A stretch of 64,000 nucleotides of DNA from Octopus sinensis (GCF_006345805.1 NC_043009.1:60450001-60514000); one strand, 5' to 3'; positions 50,450-62,709 are shown, counted from the first letter of the stretch. Numbers and translations: made by a program. The notes: generated by a model from the sequence alone, not told the origin.

Positions 50450-51023
50450 TTGTGTGTCTGTGTTTGTCTCCCTAGCATTGCTTGACAACCGATGCTGGTG
50501 TGTTTACGTCCCCGTAACTTAGCAGTTCGGCAAAAAGAGTCCGATAGAATAAGTACTGGGCTTACAAAGAATAAGTCCCGGTGTCGTGTTGCTCAACTAA
50601 AGGCGGTGCTCCAGCATGGCCGCAGTCAAATGACTGAAACAAGTAAAAGAGTAAAAGAGAGTAAAAAGAGTAAACGTCTCCTATCATAGACCTGTGCCAA
50701 CCAAAACCATTTGAGGACACTTGGTAGATGGAAACTAAAAGAACCTCGTCATATAAGTGCGTGTGTGTGTGTGTGGTGTGTGTGTGTGTGTGTGCACATG
50801 TGTTGGTGCATTTGTTTGTAGTTGCACTTCTCTGAAGATTGCTCTACTGTGGTGTTGCCATTGCTGACATTCTCCCTTTCATTTAGTTGTACTTTACTAG
50901 AGAAAACAGGAAAGTATTAGTAACAGGGACTGGCATACACCTGTCCATCTATAAAAGCATCTAACCCATGCTGACATGGAAAGATGAATATAAACATGAA
51001 CTAACAAAGGACATAATGTACAA

Positions 51024-51059
<36 letters not shown>

Positions 51060-51279
51060 CTCTCTTTACTCTTTTACTTGTTTCAGTCATTTGACTGCGG
51101 CCATGCTGGAGCACCACCTTTAGTCGAGCAAATCGACCCCGGGACTTATTCCTTGTAAGCCCAGTACTTATTCTATCGGTCTCTTTTGCCGAACTGCTAA
51201 GTGACGGGGACGTAAACATACCAGCATCAGTTGTCAAGCAATGCTAGGGGGACAAACACAGACACACAAACACACACAC

Positions 51280-51330
<51 letters not shown>

Positions 51331-51927
51331 TACGACAGGCTTCTTTTCAGTTTCCGTCTACCAAATCCACTCACAAGGCATTGGTCAGCCCGGGGCTATA
51401 GCAGAAGACACTTGCCCAAGATGCCACGCAGTGGGACTGAACCCAGAACCATGTGGTTGGTTAGCAAGCTACTTACCACACAGCCACTCCTGGGCATATA
51501 TACAAACAAAAGTTCATACATTAAATTGATCTGATAAGAGAAGTGAAGTGAGAAAATGAATGTTTGTCCCATTTGTTGACTGCTGTTTCGTAATCCATGT
51601 TAGTTACATAAGCTCTCTAAATACACTCCAGACATGGTAATTCTGATATTTGTAAAGGGTGAAGTCTGCTGAATACATCTATTGCCTGTGGATATATATA
51701 CTCTCTTTACTCTTTTACTTGTTTCAGTCATTTGACTGTGGTCATGCTGGAGCACCACCTTTAGTCGAAGAAATCGACCCCAGGACTTATTTTTTGTAAG
51801 CCTAGTACTTATTCTATCGATCTCTTTGGCCAAACTGCTAAGTTACGGGAACGTAAACACACTAGCATTGGTTATCAAGTGATGTTGTGGGCCAAACACA
51901 CACACGCAAACATATACACACACATAC

Positions 51928-51960
<33 letters not shown>

Positions 51961-52072
51961 GCTTCGGCCCGAAGCTATAGTAGAAGACACTTGCGCAAAG
52001 TGCCACGCAGTGGGACTGAACCCAGAACCATGTGGTTGGTTATTAAGCTACTTACCACACAGCCACTTCTGC
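50244..52072. mobile_element. three family A SINEs: 50244-50672 (+), 51059-51495 (-), 51701-52072 (-, deleted)
   Basis: Family A head, body and tail recognised in each copy. Confidence 0.9.
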
Positions 52073-52341
52073 ATTTATATAAATGAAACTATTTGCTATT
52101 TTATAACAGAGTCTGGTTCTTTGACTTGCCATGTAATTTTCTGTGTAGTCTGTTACAACACCATTATATATGCATGTGTGTGTGTATGCATGTATGTATG
52201 TGTGTATTTATTTAGATATGTGTTATGTAAATTACATGAAACAGCTGTCAAGAAATGGAATAATCATTTAAACATTTATTCTCTCTCTTCACCTCTCTTT
52301 TTGAATTAATGCATAGGTGGCTGAGTATTCTACGGACAAGT

Positions 52342-52600
52342 GGAGGCTTCTAGATTAGTGGTTAGGGTGTCAGCATCATGATCATAAGATTGTGGTTTCG
52401 ATTCCTGGACTGGGTGACGTGTTGTGTTCTTGAGCAAAACACTTCATTTTACATTGCTCCAGTCCACTCAGCTGGCAAAAATTAGTAACGCTGCGATGGA
52501 CTGGCGTCCTGTCCAGCTGGGGAACACATACACCATTGAAACCAGGAAACTGGGCCCATGAGCCTGGCTAGGCTTTAAAAGGGCGCATTTATTGTATTAT
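52342..52600 (+). mobile_element. tRNA-derived SINE, head D plus tail T2
   Basis: ...TAGTGGTTAGGG...GGTTTCGATTCC...CAGCTGGCAAAAATTAGT|AACGCTGCGATGGACTGGCGTCCTGTCCAGCTGGGGAAC. Confidence 0.83.
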
Positions 52601-53154
52601 TTCTTCACCTCTCTTACCTGATCAATTTTTATACATACTCTTGTCTGTAAAGGCAGTAATATGCATCAAACAATACCACCACTACCACTGGATGACTTTT
52701 ATCTGCTACTCTTATGTTTTTGTGTTATTTGACATTATATATCTGTAAGAGATGCTATTTCAGGACAACTACTGCAGTTAATTTGACTTTCCATGATGTA
52801 TCTGCATTAAGTGTGATACACAGATTGCTATTTTTATACTATATCTGTACTGGCTTCATAAATAACCTGAAAAACATTCTTCAATTAGAACATGATAATC
52901 TTGTCTCCATCAACAGTACATATATACAGTGATTGCACATATCAAGGAAATAATCTTCTACCAAACTCCCTCAAATCTTAGGTAATTAAAATCATTCTGG
53001 TTATTACAAATGATAGTATTTCAACTTTGAATGACTGCTGAGTCTACCAGAGTTTTACCAGTGGTGGTGGCAGTGTTTGTGGTAGTGGTATTTGTGGCAT
53101 TCAGAACTGCTTTATTTCTCTCTGAAAGACTTTTATGATATGCTTATTTTTCAG

Positions 53155-53190
53155 AGAAAAATTACACATATCTGTCTATTGGGCCTTTAA
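53155..53190 (+). CDS. receptor gene micro-exon (36 nt, phase 1-1), stalk EKNYTYLSIGPL
   Basis: TTATTTTTCAG| ... TTTAA|GTGTGT. Frame-preserving, with an NYT sequon. The donor is weak. Confidence 0.55.
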   Translation, partial: RKITHICLLGL

Positions 53191-53410
53191 GTGTGTATAG
53201 GCAGGAAAAAGTATCCATTTTTTTTTTAAAGTATCTTGTACAACAACACTTGATACTGTGATATTGGTGTCAGTTTGTGTATTTTTGTATATATTGTATA
53301 TATCATGAGTATTTTTTGCCTTATATGTCTTACTATAACATTTTGATGTATGAGTCATGTTAACCCATGTCAGAACAAAATATTACTACACTGTTGTATT
53401 TTTATTGCAG

Positions 53411-53515
53411 GCAAAGAAGCAAAAGCTGGACAAATTATATCTATCTGCTCAGGAGTACCGGCATTCTTAATATTATTATTATTAATATGTTACTGCAAAT
53501 CACATAAAAAGAAAG
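53411..53515 (+). CDS. receptor gene exon: transmembrane helix plus basic stop-transfer (105 nt, phase 1-1)
   Basis: TTTTTATTGCAG| ... AAAG|GTTTGT. It encodes KEAKAGQ-IISICSGVPAFLILLLLICYC-KSHKKK. Confidence 0.88.
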
Positions 53516-53689
53516 GTTTGTATGATATTAGAGCTTAAACTTTCTAATTACATTGGGTTGAGTGCATGCCAAGTCTAAGAAACACTTTCAGTTTCGCTTC
53601 ACATCACATTAACAATTCTTGTTTCTCTTTGCCTTAAAAATACAATAATGAATTTACGTTTATATATTTGTTTTGAAAGATTTTTGATG

Positions 53690-54530
53690 TGAAATTTTGC
53701 CAGTTTAGCCAATAAAAACACATGCACTATATATTTGGTGTTACTTTGCTTCGGTGTTACTCTTTTACTCTTTTACTTGTTTCAGTCATTTGACTGCGGC
53801 CATGCTGGAGCACCGCCTTTAGTCAAGCAAATCGACCCCGGAACTTATTCTTTGTAAGCCCAGTACTTATTCTATCGGTCTCTTTTGCCGAACCGCTAAG
53901 TGACGGGCACGTAAACACACCAGCATTGGTTGTTAGGCAATGCTAGGGGGACAAACACAGACACACAAACACACACACACATACACATATATATATACAT
54001 ATATACGACAGGCTTCTTTCAGTTTCCGTCTACCAAATCCACTCACAAGGCATTGGTCGGCCCGGGGCTATAGCAGAAGACACTTGCCCAAGATGTCACG
54101 CAGTGGGACTGAACCCAGAACCATGTGGTTGGTTAGCAAGCTACTTACCACACAGCCACTCCTGCGCACTGTTATTTATTTTTTACATTAATCTTAATCT
54201 TATTTCGGCCAGAGGTCTTTCATCACACTCCTGTGACCTCATCAGTGGTCCTTTGCTTTCTTCTTTCTTATTTGTGTGTCTCTCCTTACTAACCGTCAGC
54301 CATTTTGTATTTTGTATTCCTATTGTATGCGTCTTCATTTGCGCATGCGTATACCTCTATGTGTGTCTATGTTTAGTTAGTGTGTGCATGCGGGGGGAAG
54401 TGTCTGCAATATTTGTATCTCCTGTTTATATACGTTCGTGTAATTTGTTTTTTTTTGTTTTTTTGTTTTTTGTAACACCAAATATATAATGCGCGTGTTT
54501 TTATTGGCTAAACTGGCAAAATGACCATTC
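53690..54530. mobile_element. Penelope-type terminal remnant with inverted ends, interrupted by a family A SINE (53758-54167, -)
   Basis: TTTTGCCAGTTTAGCCAATAAAAACAC...TTTGGTGTTAC at ~53695 has its reverse complement at 54470-54522. A hammerhead core CTGATGA-stem II-GAAA lies on - at 54203-54245. Confidence 0.65.
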
Positions 54531-54747
54531 CTAAATACAACAATACAATAATGAATGTTTTGTGTGCATTGTATGTAACTTATTATCATCCTCTCTGTGC
54601 ATCACCAACCAACACGTAAACATTCCAAACATCTGGCCTCCTTCTTAAAGGCCATAGCCTTTACAACCTGTCTTCTCTAATGTGCTTATCTAATACTGTT
54701 TTGTATTGTTCTATCTAATGTACTGTTTAATATTGTTTGTTTTCAAG

Positions 54748-54951
54748 GAAGCACCGTCACACAATATTTTAAGGATATAGTGGGAAAATGTATGTCATGC
54801 GTCTTTCCATGTAAAAGAGAGGTTGCCACAAATGCTACAAATGATAAGCAACTTGAATTAATAGTGTCGCTAGTGCCCAGTGCTACTAGTGACAATAATA
54901 CTTCAGATGTTGAGGAGCGAAGACAATTATCCTGTACAGCTCAAATTTCAA
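54748..54951 (+). CDS. receptor gene exon: cytoplasmic 1 (204 nt, phase 1-1)
   Basis: TTTGTTTTCAAG| ... TCAA|GTAAGT. It encodes GSTVTQYFKDIVGKCMSCVFPCKREVATNATNDKQLELIVSLVPSATSDNNTSDVEERRQLSCTAQIS. Confidence 0.82.
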
Positions 54952-56574
54952 GTAAGTATTAAGAAATTGTGAAATATTATCATACTTCTGGTTACATAAT
55001 TGTCAAAGTGGTTAGGTTACAGAACAAACATGTTCACTGGTGATGTACTGTATATTTCTGTGTATAAGACAGTCTTAAGGTTTGTAAAAAATTTCAGGAA
55101 TTTGTCATATCTGTAGTATAAGACAGCTGCTAAATTACAAAACTATCTGTGTACAAGCTAGCTTTTGCAACAAGTATCTTTAGGAATACTGATCATGTAA
55201 AGATATATTGATCACTAGCAGTATCACCCAGTGTTGCTTGGGTTTGTTTCAACCCTTTAGAATTGGAATTTTTGAAAAGTAAAAATTTTTCATTATGCAA
55301 CTTGTTATTCTCTTCAAGTGAACATTTTTTCCGTTGAAATACACCTAAAAATGGTGACACAGCAGTCAAAAATCATAAAAAATAGGGATTTTCATAGAAA
55401 AAAAGTATCTTTTTTATGTAAATAATTTTTGGTGTTAACATGGTCCGATTTGAATTTTTTCTTCTACAGAGTGAAGAGCAAGCCTTCTTCTATCATACTC
55501 ACAATTTTGGTCAACTTGTGCTGCAGGGTCTCGAAGGAGATAGTGTTAGTTGAAGGCTACCAAACCTGCCACACACAGACAACTTCAGCTTTCTATATAT
55601 AGATTTGCTACGCACTACTTTCCATCCTTAATAATGAAACTTGGTAGATCCAAAAGTTAAACACACAGACACACACACAGATATACACACAGACACACAA
55701 GTTGAGTTTTATATATATAGATTTCTCAACGGGGATTTCAGGGGAGAGTTTCAGGGAGTCGCTGGCGATATATCGTGATGATCAAAAATCCGGCCTGCTA
55801 AAATTTGGTTAAAGTGATTCAAACTGCAGACTCAACGCAAAATGGTCACATTTAATTCAAAGCGTTAAAAATGTTATGAAAACAATTGGTATGTGTTCAC
55901 AAAGTCCAAACGATTAATACGAAAAAACCCTCCAGGCTACATCCCGAAAATTCATTTCTTTGCCGAATTTCTACAATGTTTACGGCAATTCATTTTTTTT
56001 ATCTTGATCTTTTATTTTTGATGCAATTTACGCATGCTTGCACGCATGGTGAACACAGTTCACGTCAAACATCTGACTGAGTAAAGTTCACTATTTAATG
56101 CATGGGATAAGGCCTAAACAAACACATTATTGATTTTTGCACTTGCAAGATGAATTTCGGAACAGAAATAGCACAGTTCACTTTTCATTGCCTAAACTTT
56201 AAGTGACCCATTTTTGGTGGCTCTACGATTTGTTGGCTAGGAGGAGATATGCTGGAAAGTTAAACACACAGACACACAAGTTGAGTTTTATATATATGTA
56301 TTACAATTTTTTTTTTACTTACTATATCCTTAGAAATTAAAATAAGCACAATAACAAATCCGTCTCTATATCATGTCTTTTCATACATACTTCACCTAAA
56401 GGGGGACTGGATTCTTCTTCTTCATCAAAATTTATCGCTATCATAACAACTGCTAACAACAGTACTATAATGGTGGTTCCTATGACTGAAATGTTTTAAA
56501 CAGTTACAGTCATCCTGGTATATTAATAACCATTTACCCATACTTCAGATAAAGTCACAAACTGTCTAGTCAAG

Positions 56575-56892
56575 TCATCGTTTTTTGTTTAACATCCGCT
56601 TTCCATGCTAGCATGGGTTGGACGATTTGACTGAGGACTAGCGAACCAGATGGCCGCACCAAGCTCCAATCTTGATCTGGCAGAGTTTCTACAGCTGGAT
56701 GCCCTTCCTAACGCCAACCACTCCAAGAGTGTAGTGGGTGCTTTTTATGTGCCAGTAAGGCGACATTGGTAATAATCACGCTCGAATGGTGCCCTTTTAT
56801 GTGCCACGGCACGGGGGCCAGTAAGGCGGTACTGGCAATGACCTCGCTCGAATCTTTTTACACATGCCACCGACACAGGTGCCAGTAAGGCA
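56575..56892 (-). mobile_element. family B RTE 3'-end repeat
   Basis: TTTAACATCCGCTTTCCATGCTAGCATGGGTTGGACG...GATGCCCTTCCTAACGCCAACCACTCC. Confidence 0.85.
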
Positions 56893-59274
56893 AGTGAAAT
56901 TTATAATTATTTTATACCCATATCAATATGCAACCACCTGCAAAAAAGAAGAAAATATGAGACTAGTTTCAAATTGAAAGTTATAAAAGTAGCCAAGAGT
57001 TTGAACAATCATGCTGCTGCTAAAACATTCAATGTTACCGAGAAGATGGTACCGAGAAGGCGGCGAGCTGGCAGAATCGTTAGCACACCAGCCGGAATGC
57101 TTAGCAGTATTTCGGCTGCCGTTACATTCTGAGTTCAAATTCCGCCAAGGTCGACTTTGCCTTTCATCCGTTCGGGGTCGATAAATTAAGTACCAGTTAC
57201 GCACTGGGGTTGATTTAATCCACTTAATCTGTTTGTCTGTCCTTGTTTGTCCCCTCTGTGTTTAGCCCCTTGTGGGTAGTAAAGAATTTTAAAGAGTAGA
57301 CAACGAATTAAGGTGTGCGTGGCTCAGACTGAATACACCAACCATACTATTGCCAATTGCCAGAGAATGTCTTTAAGATATTATCTTCCCATGACTTACG
57401 ATGCAGTGGCCAGAACAGCCTGGGATAAGATAACAAAAAATGGACAAAGGTAACTACATTGAAATCTAGGGATCAAAGAATATTCGTGGAACTTTAAAAT
57501 TAAAACAGCCACAAGTTAAAGCACATTTGGTCAGATATTGTTTTATATGACTACGAGAAAAATATAGCTCTGTTGTGGATATCAGCTGCCATTTGGACAT
57601 CGATGTGGTCAGAAAAATACAGGAGAAAGAGGATACCTAAGGGCCATTGTTAAGGAGTTTGCGAATCCAGTACCAAAGATACACTTTCAACTTCATGCCT
57701 ATTACGACTGGAGCAATGTGGTCCCCAGTCACATACAAACACACTTTGGGATAGCGCAACACAGCAGCTCATCTTCCCCGTTGATTGTCGACCATCGAAA
57801 GGCAGTGAGCTGGCAGAAACGTTAGCACACCAGGCGAAATGCGTAGCCGTATTTCGGCTGCCATTACATTCTGAGTTCAAATTCCGCCAAGGTCGACTTT
57901 GCCTTTCATCCTTTCGGGGTCAATAAATTAAGTATCAGTTACGCACTGGGGTCGATGTGATCCACTTAATCTGTTTGCCTGTCCTTGTGTGTCCCCTCTG
58001 TGTTTAGCCCCTTGTGGGTAGTAAAGAAATAGGTACTTCGGCTGCCATTACATTCTGAGTTCAAATTCCGCCAAGGTCGACTTTGCCTTTCATCCTTTCG
58101 GGGTCAATAAATTAAGTATCAGTTACGCACTGGGGTCGATGTGATCCACTTAATCTGTTTGTCTGTCCTTGTGTGTCCCCTCTGTGTTTAGCCCCTTGTG
58201 GGTAGTAAAGAAATAGATGGTACGAGAGTGAAGAAAGAATGAGGAAAAATTAAGACAAATGCCCAAACAAAAATGTGCAATGACAAGAGGAAGCACTCAT
58301 TGGCTGAAGCTGGAAAAGGATGGAGCAGAATTGGTACTCCAGCAAAGACAAGATGGCTACATTGCAGCACAAAATAAAACAAGATCTTATGTCCTAAAAT
58401 AGGTTAAATCATATGTCCTAAAATGGGTTAACCCTTTAGTGTTTAAACTGGCCATACCAGGCCAAAATTGTCTCCCTGTTTTATGCTCAAACCAGCCAGC
58501 TCTGACCTCTCACACCTACCCTACAAAGTCAGTCTAAAAATAAACAGGGACATCATCAAAATCTCAGAGTTACAAGATGCTGTACAATTAATTTAAAATA
58601 ATGTAATTAAACAGGCTTTACATTTGACAGATTAATCTGAATGCTAAAGGGTTAAATATTATAAAGAAGAAAGTAAAGATTTTAAAGCAACAGTAGGTTG
58701 GCACAAGTGTTTTATGAACAGAAAAAAATCTGGTAATAAGAGAGAAAACAAAAATTGCCCAAAAGTCCTGAGAGATTATGATTGTAAATTATGACATGAC
58801 ACAGAGTGCAGCATTACTATGTGTTTGCTTACGTTGTCATACAGACAAACTTGTGACATCACACTTTTCTGTGCACATCTTAACATAAAGTCACTCTCAT
58901 CATATCTCACTTCTTTACAAGCATTACAAGAAGTTTTATTGTAGTTAATATACACACAAAGCCCAAGTCCTGGTAATTTGGAACCCAAATTATCAACTTC
59001 AAATAAACTCAATTATATATTCATTATCATTCTGATAAAGCAACTGTCTCCAAAGTCCATAAATATATTTTCTTTAAATTTAACTGTCCACAAACGAATT
59101 TTCTTTTCTTTTTTTTTTTTTTGGAAGGAATAATGAAATATATATCGGATTGGCTATGTGGTAAGTAGCTTGCTAACCAACCAACCACATAGTTCTGGGT
59201 TCAGTCCCACTGTGTGGCACCTTGGGCAAGTGTCTTCCACTATAGCCTCGGGCCAACCAAAACCTCTAAGTACA

Positions 59275-59790
59275 GAGGCCTATCTTTGGTTATATATTGC
59301 TTCTGCAGCTGCCTTACCAGAACTATAGCATCAATGGTGCTTCTCCCTGGCACAAAACCAAACTGCATCTCATCTAATTCTCCCCCTAATTAGTTGGGCT
59401 ATGACTCTCTGTAACTTTCATCATTTGATCCAACAATTTGGTACCTGTGTAATTATTTCTATCTAAGGCATCACCTTTACCTTTCTAGCAGTTGACTATG
59501 GTGCAGCTACACTAGTCATTGGATATGACTCCGTGAATTACCTGATTTACAATACAGGTGACTAAACCATAACCTACACCACCAGATATTTTAAGCATCT
59601 CAGCAGTGACTCCTGAAGAGCTAGGTGCTTTCCCTGTCTTCATGTCCTTAATTGCTTTACCAGAGTACTGCTGATTCAGGTAGCTGGTCCTTCAGTTGGC
59701 TCGACATTCATTTTCTACATTCAGCAGTATTTCATAATGGCATTTCCAAGCCTCTTTCTTTTCAGAATCACCTAATGCATGTGCAGTAGC
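59275..59790 (-). mobile_element. RTE LINE internal fragment, preceded by a family A SINE head (59150-59265, +)
   Basis: Diverged match to 4400-4930 (KTGKAP.SSGVTAEMLK, KGKGDALD.NNY, MQFGF). Confidence 0.8.
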
Positions 59791-59839
59791 ATCCATTTCT
59801 CTCCTATATTGTTTTTCTTTTCCTACGATTATTTTCAAG

Positions 59840-60025
59840 ACATTAACAATGAAAATACGTGTGAACAAGAACAGCCAAGAGATACCCTTGAGCTTATTAG
59901 GACATCCATTGAATCTGAGAGTAATAATTCAGGAGATAGTGGATACTGTGAAGGAACTCATGAAGATGATGCACAACAGAAGAACTGTGGCAATGATATA
60001 TTGTTGCCTACAGCTAACAATATTG
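59840..60025 (+). CDS. receptor gene exon: cytoplasmic 2 (186 nt, phase 1-1); no terminal exon found, so the gene probably continues past the window
   Basis: TTATTTTCAAG| ... ATTG|GTAAGT. It encodes NINNENTCEQEQPRDTLELIRTSIESESNNSGDSGYCEGTHEDDAQQKNCGNDILLPTANNI. Confidence 0.82.
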
Positions 60026-60146
60026 GTAAGTACTAAGCAATTGTACATTATTTACATTATTTGACAAATATTTGTCCTCATCTTTTTTGACAAATATTTG
60101 TCCTCATCTTTTTTGACAAATATTTGTTCTCATCTTTTTTGTTGTT

Positions 60147-60192
60147 AACACAACATTTCGGCTGATATACCCTCCAGCCTTCATCAGGTGTC
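60147..60192 (-). ncRNA. minimal type I hammerhead motif in the Penelope pLTR (more degenerate + copy at 61403-61448)
   Basis: Reverse complement GACAC-CTGATGA-A-GGCTG(gagggtatat)CAGCC-GAAA-TG-TT-GTGTT. Confidence 0.7.
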
Positions 60193-61264
60193 TTGGGGAA
60201 ATTTCGAACCTGAGTTCTCATTGCTAAGGTAATTTTCATTGTCGTCATTGAGGTCACTGCCTGGAATTGAAATCGGAATCTTGGGGTCAGTAGCCCATGC
60301 TCTTAACCACTATGCCATATACCCGTGAACAATTATGGAGTAAATTTTAGGGCTTATAAATCCAATATTTTCCTATTCTTTCTTAATACCAGTTCCCATA
60401 TGCTATTCATATCTGCACTTGGTCTGCTTAGGAAGAGGTTGTGTCCTAGCATATGTGTGTTATTAATACGTTCAGGAACACACCAAGTATGGATTCAGGA
60501 CATCCATATACCGCAAGCCAACCTTCACTGGACAATACCTCAACTTCAATTCCCACCATGCACACAGTGTAAAGAGCGGGATTGTTCAGTGCCTAAAACA
60601 TCATGCAATGAATATAAGTAGCGATCGTGATACACACCACGAAGAAATGATCAAGCTCAGTAACAATCTATTAAGCAGCAACTACCCCAAAAACATACTA
60701 TCCACTCCAGTTATGAAGAAAAGAGAGGACGAAACCAATAAACTGTCTATAGTCTGTCTACCTTATGTGAAGGGCCTCTCTGAAAAGGTACAAAAGATAT
60801 GTGGCCCATATGACATCAGGACTGTATTCAAGAGTAATACAACACTTTGCAAATATCTCCTACAAGTAAAACCACCAATAGAAGAGAATATGACCAAAAA
60901 CTGCATGTACTCCATCCCATCCAGTTGTGGTAGGTTATACAAAGGCGAAACATGCCACCCCCTCAAAATAAGAGTAGACAAACATCGCAAAGCTGTGACA
61001 TGAGGTGATATTGATAAATCGGGTATAGCTGATCATGTATGGAAAAATGGAGACCACCTACCCCCGTGGGATGAAGTTAAAATAATAGACAGAGAACCCC
61101 TCTGGAAAATACGAAAACTAAAAGAAGCAGCACATATGCTAGGACACAACAACCTCCTAAATAGACCAAGTGCAGATATGAGTAGCATATGGGAACCGGT
61201 ATTAAGGAAGGATAGGAAAATATTAGATTTATAAGCCTTAACATTCACTCCATAATTGCCCGTT

Positions 61265-61336
61265 GGCATATGGCGAAGTGGTTAAGAGCGCAGGCTACTA
61301 ACCCAAGATTCTGAGTTCGATACCAGGCAGTGGCCC
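61265..61336 (+). promoter_or_regulatory. tRNA-like Pol III cassette inside the Penelope terminal repeat (inverted copy 60251-60324)
   Basis: A box TGGCGAAGTGG (61271-81), anticodon-like arm GGCTACTAACCC and B box GAGTTCGATACC (61313-24). It is followed by (AAC)n and then the hammerhead. Confidence 0.65.
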
Positions 61337-61556
61337 AACAACAACAACAACAACATCAAAAAATACCTTAGGAATGAGAACCCAGGTTCGAAATTTCCCC
61401 AGGGCACTTGATGAAGGCTGGAGGGTGTATCAGCTAAAATGTTGTGTTAACAACAAACAAGATGAGGACCAATATCCATCAAATGTAAATAATGTGCATA
61501 ATTCCTCATCTCTTAAATATAGAACTGTACCTGATATAATCTTTTGTACCTGATAT

Positions 61557-61940
61557 GGAAGCACTCCGTTGGTTACGACGACGAGGGTTCCGGTTGATCT
61601 GAATCAACGGAACAGCCTGCTCGTGGAATTAACGTGTAAGTGGCTGAGCACTCCACAGACACGTGTACCCTTAACGTAGTTCTCAGGGATATTCAGCGTG
61701 ACACAGAGAGTGACAAGGCCGGCCCTTTGAAATACAGGTACAACAGAAACAGGAAGTAAGAGTGAGAGAAAGTTGTGGTGAAAGAGTACAGCAAGGATCA
61801 CCACCATCCCCTGCCGGAGCCTCGTGGAGCTTTTAGGTGTTTTCACTCAATAAACACTCACAACACCCGGTCTGGGAATCGAAACCGCGATCCTGTGACC
61901 GCGAGTCCGCTGCCCTAACCACTGGGCCATTGCGCCTCCA
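61557..61940 (-). mobile_element. tRNA-derived SINE, head E plus tail T1, with TSD
   Basis: Head as in 30351-30667 and tail as in 44017-44340. TGTACCTGATAT at 61545-61556 and 61942-61953, with an extra copy at 61526. Confidence 0.88.
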
Positions 61941-62709
61941 CTGTACCTGATATATCTGTAGCAGAGCTACATATTACATAGTAATATGTGAGTCGACCTG
62001 CACAGCAGACAAATATATTGATGAGGTGTCTAGTCTCATTTTGCAACAGTAGCCTCATTCTGAGAAACTAGCCTCCTTCTGAACTACACTGTAAAAACAG
62101 CCTCAGTTCCTGCCAAGCTTTGGTCAAAGACTCATGTCTTCTACACAGCTCCATATGCAATCTCCCATGTGCAACTCACATGTCTATTCACCTCAACACA
62201 AAATATATGGTTTGTAAACAAAGCTATTTTATCACACATACATTCTCAAAATGACTGTTCTCATTGCACACATGCAGACATACTGTAATACAAATATTAT
62301 ATGTTACTTCTTTTAGTGCAAAAGCAAAAATCAAAACTTTCTTTGTATGCAAACACTCACGTTTTTGTATGATACTCTATGCTTCCACAACAAAATGGGA
62401 ACACAGAATAAACAATATATTTATACATAAGAATGTCTTACGGTGATTCATACTATTTTACATTTAATACCTATTTCTTTACTACCCACAAGGGGCTAAA
62501 CACAGAGGAAACAAACAAGGACAGACAAACGGATTAAGTCGATTATATCGACCCCAGTGTGTAACTTGGTACTTATTTAATCGACCTCGAAAGGCTGAAA
62601 TGCAAAGTCAACCGAGGCGGAATTTGAACTCAGAACGTAGCGGCAGATGAAATACCGCTAAGCATTTAGCCCGGCATGCTAACGCTTCTGCCAGCTCTCT
62701 GTCTTTTTT

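Larger units (their letters stand above)
60040..61524 (+). mobile_element. Penelope/Poseidon-type element, 5'-truncated, with inverted 5' copy of its terminal repeat (60040-60458 is the reverse complement of ~61130-61500)
   Basis: YRKPTFTGQYLNFNSHH, LPYVKGLSEK, NCMYSIP..CGRLYKGET...RVDKH, SGIADHVW and RKLKEA. The ORF ends at ~61233. Classic inverted pLTR architecture. Confidence 0.92.

Noticed and set aside
61265-61336. Functional tRNA gene
   Set aside because: The acceptor stem does not pair properly and there is no T-run terminator. It is part of the Penelope repeat, so it is reported as a tRNA-like cassette. SINE heads were rejected as tRNAs for the same reason.
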